Notes: generated from the sequence alone by a model not told the origin. A stretch of DNA of 64,000 nucleotides from an uncultured Phycisphaerales bacterium (GCA_963772725.1 CAVYYI010000002.1:320001-384000); one strand, 5' to 3'. Shown: positions 44,750-55,178, counted from the first letter of the stretch. Numbers and translations are program-made.

Positions 44750-46461
44750 GCTGCAAAATATAACTTTGGGCAGATGCGTCCCAGCTTATCCGCTCCGCGT
44801 ATTTCTGCGCGTTCTGTAAATATTGCTCCCTTTTAACCTGTGTCAGAGGTAAAATCTTAAAAATTTCATCCGCGTGTCTCTCGATGATTTCATTTTCCAT
44901 GGCTGTCCGCTGAGATATGTTTAAGTTTTTCAAATCTGTAACACTCGTGTTTTTGCCGGCCGCGACAAAATCCAATATGTAAAAAGGTTTTATCACAGCG
45001 TCTTTATACCTGTCTTCCAGAAACGCCGCAGCTCCGCACGAAGACGATAAGACTGCTATTCCACCGAACGGTATCGTCTCTATCTGCGCGATGCCGAAAG
45101 GCTCATAAACCGAAAAACCAAACTCGGCGTCCGAGGCGATTCGCAAATCGTCAAACTCCGCTTCGTGGGGTACTCTCTTGCCGCACCGTATCTTATCGAA
45201 TCCGAACTGGTTTATGAACACCGCCTTTATAGCTTTCGAGCGGGCATTAAAAAGCTGTATATAGTCGTATATATCTTTCTCGCCCCCGACAAGGTCAGGC
45301 CAGCCTTCGCGATGCAGTACAGGCCAACCGTATTTATCCTCCATTTCACAGACCTCCGCCGGCGAACGACCTGTTGCTATCAATGTTGACAGCAGAATAT
45401 ATGCCCCTTTGAGATTATGTGCAGCAAAAATCTTATCGAGATGATACAATAACGTAATATCACGCCAAATACCTTTGCTGCTGACTAATCGAGTAACATG
45501 CGTGAATATCGCGTCAGGTGTGAAATTAAACAGCCTCTCAATATATCTCTCTATGTGCCACCCGGCTTTCCTGTTTATGCGAAAAATTCACACTCCTCGC
45601 TGAAACGCCGTTATAAACAATTTTTATCTTCCCAGGCGGTGTGTCCGGCACAAGAAAATAATATTCTTCCTTCACATGGTTGCCCACCGCGAATATACTG
45701 TCGAAATGTACCGCCCTTTTTATTAGTTCGTTGCGGCTGTTAAACTCCTGGCTGCCGAATACCTGCTCAAGTGTCTTGCCGCTTTTGCGAAGAATATTAT
45801 AAAACGATATGTCGTGTCCCTGATGATGTTCTACTATCGACCGCGCCGTTGCAACCTCGTGCGCAATAAAAATTGTCGGCTCTTTTTTCCCCGACAGAAT
45901 AACAGACAATGCCGAAGGTACTCCCATATACTCGTGCGAAAAATGAAAATAATCAACGTTGCTGCCGTACAACTTTGCAAGTATTTCCTGATATGGAATT
46001 GCTATCCTGACATATTGCTCATAATCCCAGTCCTTGTCATACAACTGCGAGTTAATGCCGAATTTTTTCCATAGCTCGTATTTGAACTTGTCAACATCTC
46101 CGCGACCCATTTTGTTTATCCCGATGTTAATAACATCGACAACGTTATGCTTCGATATATCGAATTCGCTCACAAGTTCGCACCGGCCGTAAACGATATC
46201 CAAGTTGTATTTTTTGACTATCTCGCCAAGAATATTGCCATAGCCCCCCGCGTCATACTGGTTATGGCTCGAATACAGAATCTCTTTCAGCCCCCCGAAG
46301 TGCGAAAAAGTATCTGTCGGCAATTCAAACAGCGGCCCATAAAAAACCGTCTTGTCGTAATAATCTTTATAAGCCTGGAGTGTACATATCCCGCTGAGAA
46401 CTGCCCCTATCCCGCCCATTTTTCTCGCCGATTCGTGCGTAATGTGTACTGCTACTTTCAT
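44730..46461 (-). CDS. glycosyltransferase, divergent GT3/glycogen-synthase-like (frameshifted)
   Basis: KMGGIGAV, FSHEYMG, HEVAT, VYNG and SVYEPFG motifs; convergent with glgP. Confidence 0.65.
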
Positions 46462-47718
46462 TTACCTGTTATCTCCAAAATTCTTACGCTTCTTCCCATG
46501 CCCTTTGTCCACCCCTATCAGAAGCATCAAAGAAACCGCTTCCAATCTTACTCCCAATCCCCGCAAAATAAAAGTTTTTTTTCAAATAATTTTATATTTA
46601 GGGGATAGGGTAGAGCGTTCAGGTGGTAGCTGTTGCACCACGCCACGATGCACGCTGGTTAAAGATTTTTCATATTCGCCCAGGCGTTTCGCAATTCAGT
46701 GATATTTCTACTGATACTGACAATGCCGACGATATTACCGGAAACGTCCCGCAGAGGTACTTTTATCGCCAAAAGCCACATCATATTGCTGCCGGGAGCG
46801 ATCGAGGCCTCAACTTTGTTAATCAGAGGCTCGCCTCCCTCGATAATTTTCTGCTCATCCTCGAAATATTCGTCGGCCAGCTCTTTCTGGTAAAAATCAT
46901 AATCAGTTTTGCCAATCATCTCATCGGTTGTCGCGGCTTTTACATACCGTGTCAGCGCGGCGTTGGCGATAAGATATCGGCCATGAATATCCTTTACACA
47001 AATATAATCCGGCATACTGTCAATCAATGTCCGCAGCAAATTACGCTCATGCGCAAGCGTCTCTTCGGCCCGCTTGCGGTCAGTAATATCTCGAATACTC
47101 GCGCGATAACCCTGCGATTTGCCCTTCTCGTCATAAATAGGCTGCCAAGACATATCGACACAGATTAGTTCGCCGCTCTTGCGATACAGGCGGAATTCAA
47201 ACTCTTTGCCCGTGTCCGCGCAACGCAGATTTCAGCGCCCTTGCGACCTTTTCGCGGTCAGCTTCGTAAACCATCGGAATCAAATATTCAAGACCCATAA
47301 ATTCCCTGATGTTATAACCTGTAACACGCTCAATCGCGGGATTGGTCCACAGAGGCCTGCCTCCAGGCCCAACCCAAACCTCCCAGAAATAGGTGTAATC
47401 CGCGATTGCGCGAAAACACTGCTCGCTCAGCCGCAGCGCCAATTCCGAACGCTTGCTCTCCGTAACATCATTATAAACCGCTACCACATCCCCGCACGGC
47501 AGCTTATACACATAATTCTCCCGCCATCCGGACAGCCTGTCGTCCTTATAAGTCGCCACTGGAAACTGCTCCGGCGTGCCGCTCTTCCAAACCCTCCGCA
47601 AAACCGTCAAAAGCCCGAACTCCTCAACCCCTGGAAAAACCTCGGTAACTCTTTTACCGATTACATCTTCTTTCTTGACCTTCTCAATCCGCTCCGCAGC
47701 CCGGTTAAAATCCCTGAA

Positions 47719-48728
47719 ACCTGAACTTTGTTTAAGCTGTGATGCAAAGAAATTCTCTAGGCTGGTAGCTGACGTTTTCGATTTTGAGCGAAGGCTTTTT
47801 CGGCAGTCTCGTATAGGCTATAAGGCCGGCTATCAAATGTGCCAGAAAGTTGATCGGGCTGCGGTGACGTGAATGTTCGATCTGACAGACATTTTTGAGT
47901 GTGTCATTGACCGTTTCAATCAATGAACGCTTTCGCAGCAGGATTTTATCCTCCAACTCCATCAAACGGCATTTCATATTTGTGCGCATATTGGTTACCA
48001 GCTTAATTCCCTTGGCCAACAGTTTTTCAAACAGGCTCTGGCTGATGTAACCCTTGTCGCCAAATAGCTTTCCGAACAGGCCGTCGGCCATTGTCTCCAC
48101 CGTGCTGCGATCATCGACATTACCTGCTGTCAGGCGGCAGCCCAATAAACCGCCGCGGTCATTAATGATCAGATGCAATTTAAAGCCAAAAAACCAGCCC
48201 ATCGTTGTTTTACCTATTTGAGCAAGCCCGTCGAAAACACGGTTGCGGCTGATGCGTTTATTATGACAGACTTTAAGTGCGGTGCTGTCAATAAAAGAAA
48301 TACCCGTGGGCTCATCCATGCCATCGGTTTGCAAATATACAAGCAGCGGGATTATTGCCCTTGGTATCAGATAAACAAAGCGGTCGTAGCTGACCATATC
48401 GGGAAAATCATGGCGGTGATGGGCAAGAAGGTAGTGATAGAAATCCTTGAAAGTGCGATAGCCGCTGGTTTGGAAGGCAATAAGAATAGTCATGATCTCG
48501 CTGGTACTTAAGTTGCCTTGCCTGTTGCGTTTACGTGTTCCATCTTCTATGAGGTGCTTTACATACATTTTTTCAAAAGCTTTCCAACAATCATCGACAT
48601 TCACAAATAATGTGGTAAAATCCGCTGTCATACGGCCTCCTTGCCTGCTTGGTTAATAATATTTACAAAACTATTATTTCCATCGGCAGGTTGGCCGTTT
48701 TTCTTGTATCCTTATCCAAAGTTCAGGT
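47719..48728 (-). mobile_element. IS982-family insertion sequence
   Basis: TIRs ACCTGAACTTTGTTTAAG / CTTATCCAAAGTTCAGGT (16/18 match), 5-bp target duplication CTGAA at 47714-18 and 48729-33. Confidence 0.93.
47732..48631 (-). CDS. IS982-family transposase (intact)
   Basis: SEIMTI, IDST, GWFFGFKLH, GDKGYIS and RSLIETV motifs. Confidence 0.95.
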   Translation of the reverse strand: MTADFTTLFVNVDDCWKAFEKMYVKHLIEDGTRKRNRQGNLSTSEIMTILIAFQTSGYRTFKDFYHYLLAHHRHDFPDMVSYDRFVYLIPRAIIPLLVYLQTDGMDEPTGISFIDSTALKVCHNKRISRNRVFDGLAQIGKTTMGWFFGFKLHLIINDRGGLLGCRLTAGNVDDRSTVETMADGLFGKLFGDKGYISQSLFEKLLAKGIKLVTNMRTNMKCRLMELEDKILLRKRSLIETVNDTLKNVCQIEHSRHRSPINFLAHLIAGLIAYTRLPKKPSLKIENVSYQPREFLCITA

Positions 48729-49161
48729 CTGAAGATAAAATCCTGGCCGTCGTCAACAGCCTCATAAACAGCTACACCGCTGCTGATGCTGTTAAACAGC
48801 CCGTCATATCGGCTTTGATATATTTTCAGTTGCTCTTCAAGTTGTCTTCGCTCGTTGTCTTTTTGCCCAAAACCGCTATCAGGCAATTTATCCCTATTAT
48901 GCCCTTCGGCTCTTTGCATATACCTTTTCCTACGGTTTGCCTTCCATAAGGCAACTATTGTTACAGACTATATTTATCACTATCTTACCACCGTTGCTAT
49001 AGTTATACAAGAACCTTCACTGCTGAATCTATATAGGGATAAATCGGTAAAAAGTAACAGTGAATTTGCTGTAAAAATGAGGCCCCCCCCTATCCGCGAA
49101 AATATTGGTTTGAACTCGGGGATAGGTAAAAATCTGTGGAAACTTAAGGACATAAAGCAGA

Positions 49162-49845
49162 CTACCGGCCTGCTTTAACATCATTTATAGCCTGGTCTGC
49201 CGCCTGGCGTATCTCCCTGTTGTCATCGTTCACGCGAACCTCTTCGAGTATCGGTATAACCTGCGGATTTTTCGATTTGCCCAAAGCTGTTACAGCTTCG
49301 CGGCGCAAATCCGGGTCGGTGTTCTTTGTCGCGATATTTCTCAGCGTATCTCTGACCGTGTCATCAAAAGTCAGGCCTGCAAGGTCAACGATGGCTTTTA
49401 TCCTGCCGGGTTTATCCGCAATCTGTGCCTGCTTGATAAGCTCAGCCTTTCTATTACGCACATATTCAAGAAATTTTTCATCTACCGTGGCTGGAGCGGG
49501 AGTAACCTGTACCGGCGCAGGTGTCGGATAGGCAACAGGCGCAGGCCGCTGCAAAACAACAGGAGCAGCCACGACTGGCGGCGGCGCGACATATACAGGC
49601 CTTTCAATGATAACAGGGGCAGGCTCGACTATTACCGGCGAATAGTACCAGCCAGGCCAGTAATGATATGAAGGCCCATGCCAATACGGATAATGGGAAT
49701 AATGCGAATAATACGGATGATAACCCATACCGAAGCCTACGCTGACATGAACTGAGCTGTGGCCTCCCGCAAAGGCCTGCGGGGCTACCATTACGCTTAA
49801 ATTAATCAAAACAGCCGCTATTAATGTGTTTATTAGGGTTTTCAT
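49162..49845 (-). CDS. exported protein with Tyr/His/Pro-rich segment and C-terminal HEAT repeats
   Basis: Signal peptide; LRREAVTALG and IRQAADQAI HEAT-like repeats. Confidence 0.75.
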   Translation of the reverse strand: MKTLINTLIAAVLINLSVMVAPQAFAGGHSSVHVSVGFGMGYHPYYSHYSHYPYWHGPSYHYWPGWYYSPVIVEPAPVIIERPVYVAPPPVVAAPVVLQRPAPVAYPTPAPVQVTPAPATVDEKFLEYVRNRKAELIKQAQIADKPGRIKAIVDLAGLTFDDTVRDTLRNIATKNTDPDLRREAVTALGKSKNPQVIPILEEVRVNDDNREIRQAADQAINDVKAGR

Positions 49846-50246
49846 CTTGATACTGCCTTTCTGTTAAAATCCTTTTTATACTTTACGTTTTTATAATACC
49901 CTTGTTCAGCTTTGTCAATTCTTATCGCTTTTAGTTATATAGTTATTCATCCGGCCGGGTTTATTCCCTGAAAAAAGTTTATCCAAATTATGCGCAAAAA
50001 TGAGCATTTTTTTCGAACTTTTTAACACTTTTTGAGCAAATCTGAGCAGAAATCATCACGTTTTGAGCGAAAACTGATAGAGCAGAAAAAACAAGAAGAT
50101 TATGGATAGTATTACGAAAGCATGAAAAGTTTTTTGCATAGGGGAGGCGGTACCAAAAAGAAGAATAGATAATAGTCCGCTTTGGCTGGATAAAACCATC
50201 CCCCTGGTATCCTCCTGCTTTTATGGTTTAAAGGCCGTATGGAATG

Positions 50247-50381
50247 TTAGCTGCGGCGAAGTTTGGCGGCAATTGCTGCGGCTTTGCGTGCACGCTCTCT
50301 TGCCTTACGAGGGGCATTGGCCGCATGCGTTTTAATTTGTTTTTCTCGTCTTTTATCTTGTTTATCTCTACGTTTTCCCAT
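50247..50381 (-). CDS. 44-aa highly basic small protein (not in ORF track)
   Basis: MGKRRDKQDKRREKQIKTHAANAPRKARERARKAAAIAAKLRRS*, preceded by the SD GAAAGGA. Confidence 0.65.
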   Translation of the reverse strand: MGKRRDKQDKRREKQIKTHAANAPRKARERARKAAAIAAKLRRS

Positions 50382-50558
50382 GAAAATTTCCTTTCAGTAC
50401 TTTTACCAAATCTGTCACGACTGTGCCAGGTTTTATGGCAAATAAAGCATTTTCAGTATTATTACAGCCTGTCTATAATAAATATCCTCGAATTGTAAGC
50501 GCCAGGCAGGGCAAAAGCAATGAACTTTTTCGGGAAATCGAAATCTTAAACAAAAAAA

Positions 50559-50661
50559 TAGCCACGAAAAGACGCAAAAGATACAAACAAATTAACCACG
50601 AATGAACACGAAAAAACACGAAGAATATTTTAGCCACAGAGATCACAGAGGGGACGGAGAA
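50559..50661 (+). repeat. three stacked 9-10-bp-period triad repeats
   Basis: GCCACGAAAAGACGCAAAAGATACAAA; AACCACGAATGAACACGAAAAAACACGAA; AGCCACAGAGATCACAGAGGGGACGGAG. Confidence 0.7.
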
Positions 50662-50683
50662 TTTTGGATTGAAAGACAAAAAG

Positions 50684-50782
50684 GCTGGACAAGATTCATA
50701 AATGCGGTAAAATTATGATGCGGATTTTTAGCGGGAAAGGATTGTAAGCAGTGTGGCTTAAGATGGAGATTAAGGAGTATGG
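50684..50782 (+). promoter_or_regulatory. promoter-bearing leader repeat, copy 1
   Basis: TGGACA-16nt-TAAAAT; 89/99 identical to 51282-51380. Confidence 0.7.
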
Positions 50783-50812
50783 GGTTGCCAGATATAGACG
50801 GAAGTAATTAAT

Positions 50813-51217
50813 ATGAAAATTAAGAAGATACATTTAATTATCCTTATTATCCTTGCAGTTTTATTTGGTGTAATCTTCTTTAGCAATTTTTTACATGTTG
50901 GGAGAAGATATGGCCAAAAGATTGAGCAAACGAGTAAATTCAGATATGCGATTTCAAAAAAACTTAATCAAGTATTCTTGCAAACAGGAAAATACCCTGA
51001 GCAAGTTTCTGATATTTTGAACGAAATACCTCATCCTGATTTTACCGTAAAACTCCAGTCTTATGTTTGCGATCTTAAGTCTTACAAGATTGTTGTTATA
51101 CTTTGTTTTTATCAATCGGAATATATGGAAATAGAAGAGAAGGCAATCAATAGCGAAATTATTTATTCAAAATTTGATTCTTTGGATTCTAATGACATTA
51201 TCAATCCCAGAAATTAA
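50813..51217 (+). CDS. AT-rich orphan protein with N-terminal anchor
   Basis: 134-aa ORF, one TM or signal segment. Confidence 0.7.
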   Translation: MKIKKIHLIILIILAVLFGVIFFSNFLHVGRRYGQKIEQTSKFRYAISKKLNQVFLQTGKYPEQVSDILNEIPHPDFTVKLQSYVCDLKSYKIVVILCFYQSEYMEIEEKAINSEIIYSKFDSLDSNDIINPRN

Positions 51218-51243
51218 TTCAGGCAGGTGAAAGAAAAATAAAA

Positions 51244-51267
51244 GGTGGGGTTGTGACCCCACCCTAC
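51244..51267 (-). repeat. GTAG-footed REP hairpin
   Basis: Minus strand GTAG-GGTGGGGT-CACA-ACCCCACC, perfect 8-bp stem. Confidence 0.7.
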
Positions 51268-51281
51268 GGGACTAATTTGCT

Positions 51282-51380
51282 GCTGGACAAGGTTCATAAA
51301 TGCGGTAAGATTATGGTGCGGATTTTGAGCGGGAAAGGATTTTAAGGAGTGCGGCTGAAGATGGAAATTAATGAGTATGG
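51282..51380 (+). promoter_or_regulatory. promoter-bearing leader repeat, copy 2
   Basis: TGGACA-16nt-TAAGAT; near-identical to copy 1. Confidence 0.7.
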
Positions 51381-51450
51381 AATTCGAACAGGGAATTAAG
51401 TATGGCGTCTCATGAATTCCACGCCTATTAATATTTGGAGGTATTTAACT

Positions 51451-51894
51451 ATGCTTAAAAACTTAGCATTGACGAAAAAAGATTTTTTTATGCTGCCCTT
51501 ATTAATTATGCCGATGGTAAGTCTATTAGTTTTTTATTACCTTTATGGTGATAAAAGCTTGATTGTTGAGCCAATTCTTTTTGTCCTTCTTCTTTTGGCG
51601 GTTGCATGTGGAGGTTTAAGACTTTTATTTTTGGGTTTGATAGCTTTTCATAAAAAGAGGAAAATAGGGAAAAAACTAGAGGATACATCATTTTATCTGG
51701 CGTATTTAGGGCTATTTGGACTCACACTTATTCTTTGTGTTGATGTACCTCGCCGTGGAGGTACCGATGCACTAATCGGTGCTGCATACTTTTACCTGCC
51801 TTTCTATGCAGGTGCTTGTATGATAATAGGTTACATTATAGGTTGGGTTATTGAACTTCTATTTAATTTAAAGTTTCCCGATTACCGAAGGTAA
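51451..51894 (+). CDS. AT-rich orphan 4-TM membrane protein
   Basis: ORF 51412-51894; ATG at 51451 has the SD GGAGG. Confidence 0.7.
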   Translation: MLKNLALTKKDFFMLPLLIMPMVSLLVFYYLYGDKSLIVEPILFVLLLLAVACGGLRLLFLGLIAFHKKRKIGKKLEDTSFYLAYLGLFGLTLILCVDVPRRGGTDALIGAAYFYLPFYAGACMIIGYIIGWVIELLFNLKFPDYRR

Positions 51895-52012
51895 TATAGT
51901 GAGAATATTAGAAAAATTGCAAACCATATACGACAACACCATATCATTTATATTTTTGCTATTGCAATTTTGATTTTAAATAAATAGGGATAGGCAACTA
52001 TTTTTGACTACT

Positions 52013-53354
52013 TATAATACTCCCCGAAAATCAGACCAGTATATAAGGTGTAAGTTGTGGTATAATTCTATCGGATTATGGATTGAGAAAGGAAGTACGA
52101 ATTATGACACAACATCGACACTTTGGCAAAGATTTCAAGGCAAAAGTTGCAATTGAAGCCATCAAGGGTGAGAAGACCCTCAACGAGATAGCCTCTATGT
52201 ATGAGGTTCATCCCAACCAGGTCAGCCAGTGGAAGAAGCTGGCCCTTGAGAAGCTGCCCGAGGCAATGGCTGACGGCAGAGGCAAGGATGTTCGTCAGAG
52301 CCAGCCTGTAGATGAGGAAAAGCTTCATCAGAAGATAGGTCAGCAGGCTATCGAGATTGACTTTTTGAAAAAAAAGTTGCGTCAATTGGGACTGCTCAAC
52401 GAGTAGAAATGGTAGAACAGAACAATAGACAAATCAGTATCCGCCGGCAGTGCTGTCTGCTTGATATCAATCGCAGCAGGCTGTATTACCATGCAGGGTC
52501 TATCTGATCAGGAGAATCTTAAAGTAATGGACTTGATTGACAGGGAGTTTACCGAGCATCCTTTTACAGGTATCGACAGGATGGCAGAGTTTTTATACAG
52601 GAAGCACAAGCTTGTTGTCAATCACAAGCGAGTTCGCAGGCTTATGCGTAAAATGGGTTTAATGGCCTTATATCCCAGACCCCGCACAAGCTGTCCTGCT
52701 GCTGTTTATATCAAATATCCCTGCCTTTTGAATACGATAGCGATAGATGCTCCCGATGCGGTCTGGTGTTCGGATATTACGTACATTCGTCTCAAAGGCG
52801 GCTTTATGTACCTTGTTGCGATTATGGATTATTTCAGCAGATATGTATTGAGCTGGTCGGTATCGAACAGTCTTGAGTCTCTGTTTTGCATAGATGCACT
52901 GGATGAGGCGTTGTCGAAATCGAAGCCTTTAATTTTTCATTCCGACCAGGGCAAACAATACGCCAGCACAAAGTTTTTGGATACGTTGAAGGCAAGTGAG
53001 ATTCAATATAAGTATGAGCGGCAAGGGTCGTGCGTTTCGATAACATCCTGGCGGAGCGATTATGGCGGACGGTGAAATATGAGGAGGTCTATTTGAAGGA
53101 ATATAGCGATGGGCATGATTTGATAAAATCGCTGAGGCGGTATTTTGATTATTACAACAATGACAGGCCGCACAGCAGCCTGGATTACAAGACACCTTCG
53201 GAGGTATATTTTAAGGAGCTGCCCGCCGATTCGCTTCGCTGCGCTTGCTTTGGAGCTGCGCTACGCGAATCGGCTGACACAGAGAAAATCGGCACAACTT
53301 ACACCAAATACAAGGACAAAATTGGTCTTGACAACGGGTAGGGGTTCAACTATA
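52013..53354 (+). mobile_element. IS3-family insertion sequence (ends approximate)
   Basis: orfA/orfB layout; imperfect terminal IRs TATAATACTCCCCGAAAATCAGACCA / TGGTCTTGACAACGGGTAGGGGTTCAACTATA; no clear target duplication. Confidence 0.8.
52104..53341 (+). CDS. IS3-family transposase OrfAB (A8G slippery site at 52368-52376; further indels in orfB)
   Basis: OrfA FKAKVAIEA...HPNQVSQWK; OrfB WCSDITYI, HSDQGKQY and ERLWRTVKYE. Confidence 0.9.
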
Positions 53355-53375
53355 AGCAATCAGCTAATCGCTTAC

Positions 53376-53560
53376 GACTAATTTGCCGCTGGACATTGAT
53401 TTTATGAGTGGTAAGATTGTGAGGAAGTTTTTGAGCGAAACATAAGCACTAATTCCGAAGCACGAAACAAATTAAAAAGGGGAAAAATCTAAAATAAAAA
53501 ATGCTGCTGGACAATGCTTGTATGCGTGGTAGAATTGTGGTTTGGTTTTTTTAGCGAAGA
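53376..53560 (+). promoter_or_regulatory. leader repeat copies 3 and 4 (diverged)
   Basis: GCTGGACA-16nt-TAAGAT at 53388 and GCTGGACA-16nt-TAGAAT at 53506, each followed by a T-run and AGCGAA. Confidence 0.6.
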
Positions 53561-53589
53561 ATAATTATATTGAGTACAGAGGATAAAAT

Positions 53590-53811
53590 ATGATTAATAT
53601 TTTTGTAATAATCGTGGTGCTTTTTTCCATAGTCTGTGGCTACTATGGCGGCGACTTTTTTTCTGTTTATTTTGGTGTGGTAGGTTGGATAATAGGTTTT
53701 CTTGCAGGTTTTTTATTGGCGGTGTTGATGTATTATTTGGTAATGCGTTTCTTGAATAAATGGGACCAAATCAGTCGACGCAAAAAACGTAAACGTGTTT
53801 CTGATAAATAA
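53590..53811 (+). CDS. small orphan membrane protein
   Basis: 73 aa, two TM segments, basic tail, SD GAGGA. Confidence 0.65.
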   Translation: MINIFVIIVVLFSIVCGYYGGDFFSVYFGVVGWIIGFLAGFLLAVLMYYLVMRFLNKWDQISRRKKRKRVSDK

Positions 53812-53876
53812 AGACTTGTGAAATGTGACAGGAAAGATGACTTTTATGTTTTTTTGTAAATGAGGAATGGAATAAT

Positions 53877-54890
53877 ATGGCAGTTATGAAATTGAAGGCT
53901 AAGACGCAGTGCAGGTATGATGTGGTTTCGCTTGGGGAGGTGATGATTCGGATGGACCCGGGGGATAGCAGGATACATACGGCGAGAAGTTTTAAGGTCT
54001 GGGAAGGTGGAGGTGAGTATAATGTGGCCAGAGGGCTGCGGAGGTGCTTTAATCAGAGGGCGGCTGTTGTGACGGCTGTGCCGGATAATGCGGTGGGCAG
54101 GCTGCTGGAGGATTTTGATGCTGCAGGGAGGAGTTGAGCTTGAATATGTGAAGTGGGTGCCTTTCGATGGTATCGGGAGAGATACGAGGGTGGGGTTGAA
54201 TTTTACGGAGAGAGGTTTTGGTGTGCGGGCGGCGCTTGGGTGCAGCGACCGGGGGCATTCGGCGGCGGCGCAATTGAAGAAAGGCGATATCGACTGGGAA
54301 AAGATTTTTGGTAAAGACGGGGTAAGGTGGTTTCATACGGGGGGAATATTCGCGGCGCTATCGGAAAGTACGCCGGAGGTTGTGATAGAGGCGGTGACGG
54401 CTGCGAAGAAGTACGGCACGATTGTTTCGTATGATCTTAATTACAGGGCATCGCTGTGGAAATCGATTGGCGGCAAAGAGAAGGCGATGGAAGTGAACAG
54501 GAAGATCGCGCCGTTTATCGATGTGATGATGGGCAATGAGGAGGATTTTACGGCGGCGCTGGGGTTTGAGGTTGAGGGGCTGGATAAGGACTGTTCGAAT
54601 CTGGATACGAAAAATTTTAAGAAGATGATAGAGCGGGCGGTTAAGGAGTTTCCGAATTTCAAGGCGGTGGCGACGACGCTGAGAAACGCGAAAACGGCTT
54701 CGATAAACGACTGGGGGGCGATACTTTATTGCGACGGGAAATTCTGCGAGGCGACGCTCAGGGAGAATCTTGAGATTTACGACAGGGTAGGCGGTGGGGA
54801 TAGTTTTGCGTCGGGGGTGATTTATGGCTTTTTGGCGGATAAGACGCCGCAGGAAGCGGTTGAGTATGGGGCGGCGCATGGGCGCTGGCG
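53877..54890 (+). CDS. kdgK: 2-keto-3-deoxygluconate kinase (PfkB family); frameshifted, C-terminus replaced
   Basis: GGGEYNVA, SYDLNYR, GNEED and DRVGGGDSF motifs; sequence stops at AAHG(ALA). Confidence 0.85.
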
Positions 54891-55178
54891 GATTTTCTGC
54901 CAACGATAACAATCAAGGGTAAAGATTTTGCCAACGAGATAACCAATTTCAATATTAAGCGGAGTGATCTGCGAACAGAAGCGGGTATTACCAAAGAACA
55001 TGTAAAAAATAATCAGGAGGTTAGAAAACTTCTTATCAAGCGAAATATCAAACCGGAGGAATTGCCGCCGGCGGAAGATGTAAAAAAGGTGGAAAGAAAA
55101 CTTGTCTCCGAACAGAAGAAACTGGTAACCAAGGCAGAGCCGCTGGATACAGCATACGAGAACATCATAAAACCGTAA
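54885..55178 (+). pseudogene. dinD: C-terminal fragment of DNA-damage-inducible protein D
   Basis: LADFLPTITIKGKDFANEITNFN...EHVKNNQEVRKLL...PEELPPAEDVKKVERK in a frame with no start codon. Confidence 0.75.

Larger units (their letters stand above)
46659..48919 (-). pseudogene. multi-PAS domain protein interrupted by IS982
   Basis: Removing the IS restores DDGQDFIFR|DFNRAAERIE in frame; three PAS/PAC repeats and no output domain. Confidence 0.8.

Noticed and set aside
49480..49740. Pro/Tyr/His-rich low-complexity tract as a DNA repeat element
   Set aside because: Explained by the amino-acid composition of the exported HEAT protein; there is no exact DNA periodicity.
50684..53811. Classical integron cassette array
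   Set aside because: No RYYYAAC...GTTRRRY attC palindromes or tyrosine integrase were seen; the repeat lies upstream of genes and contains a promoter.
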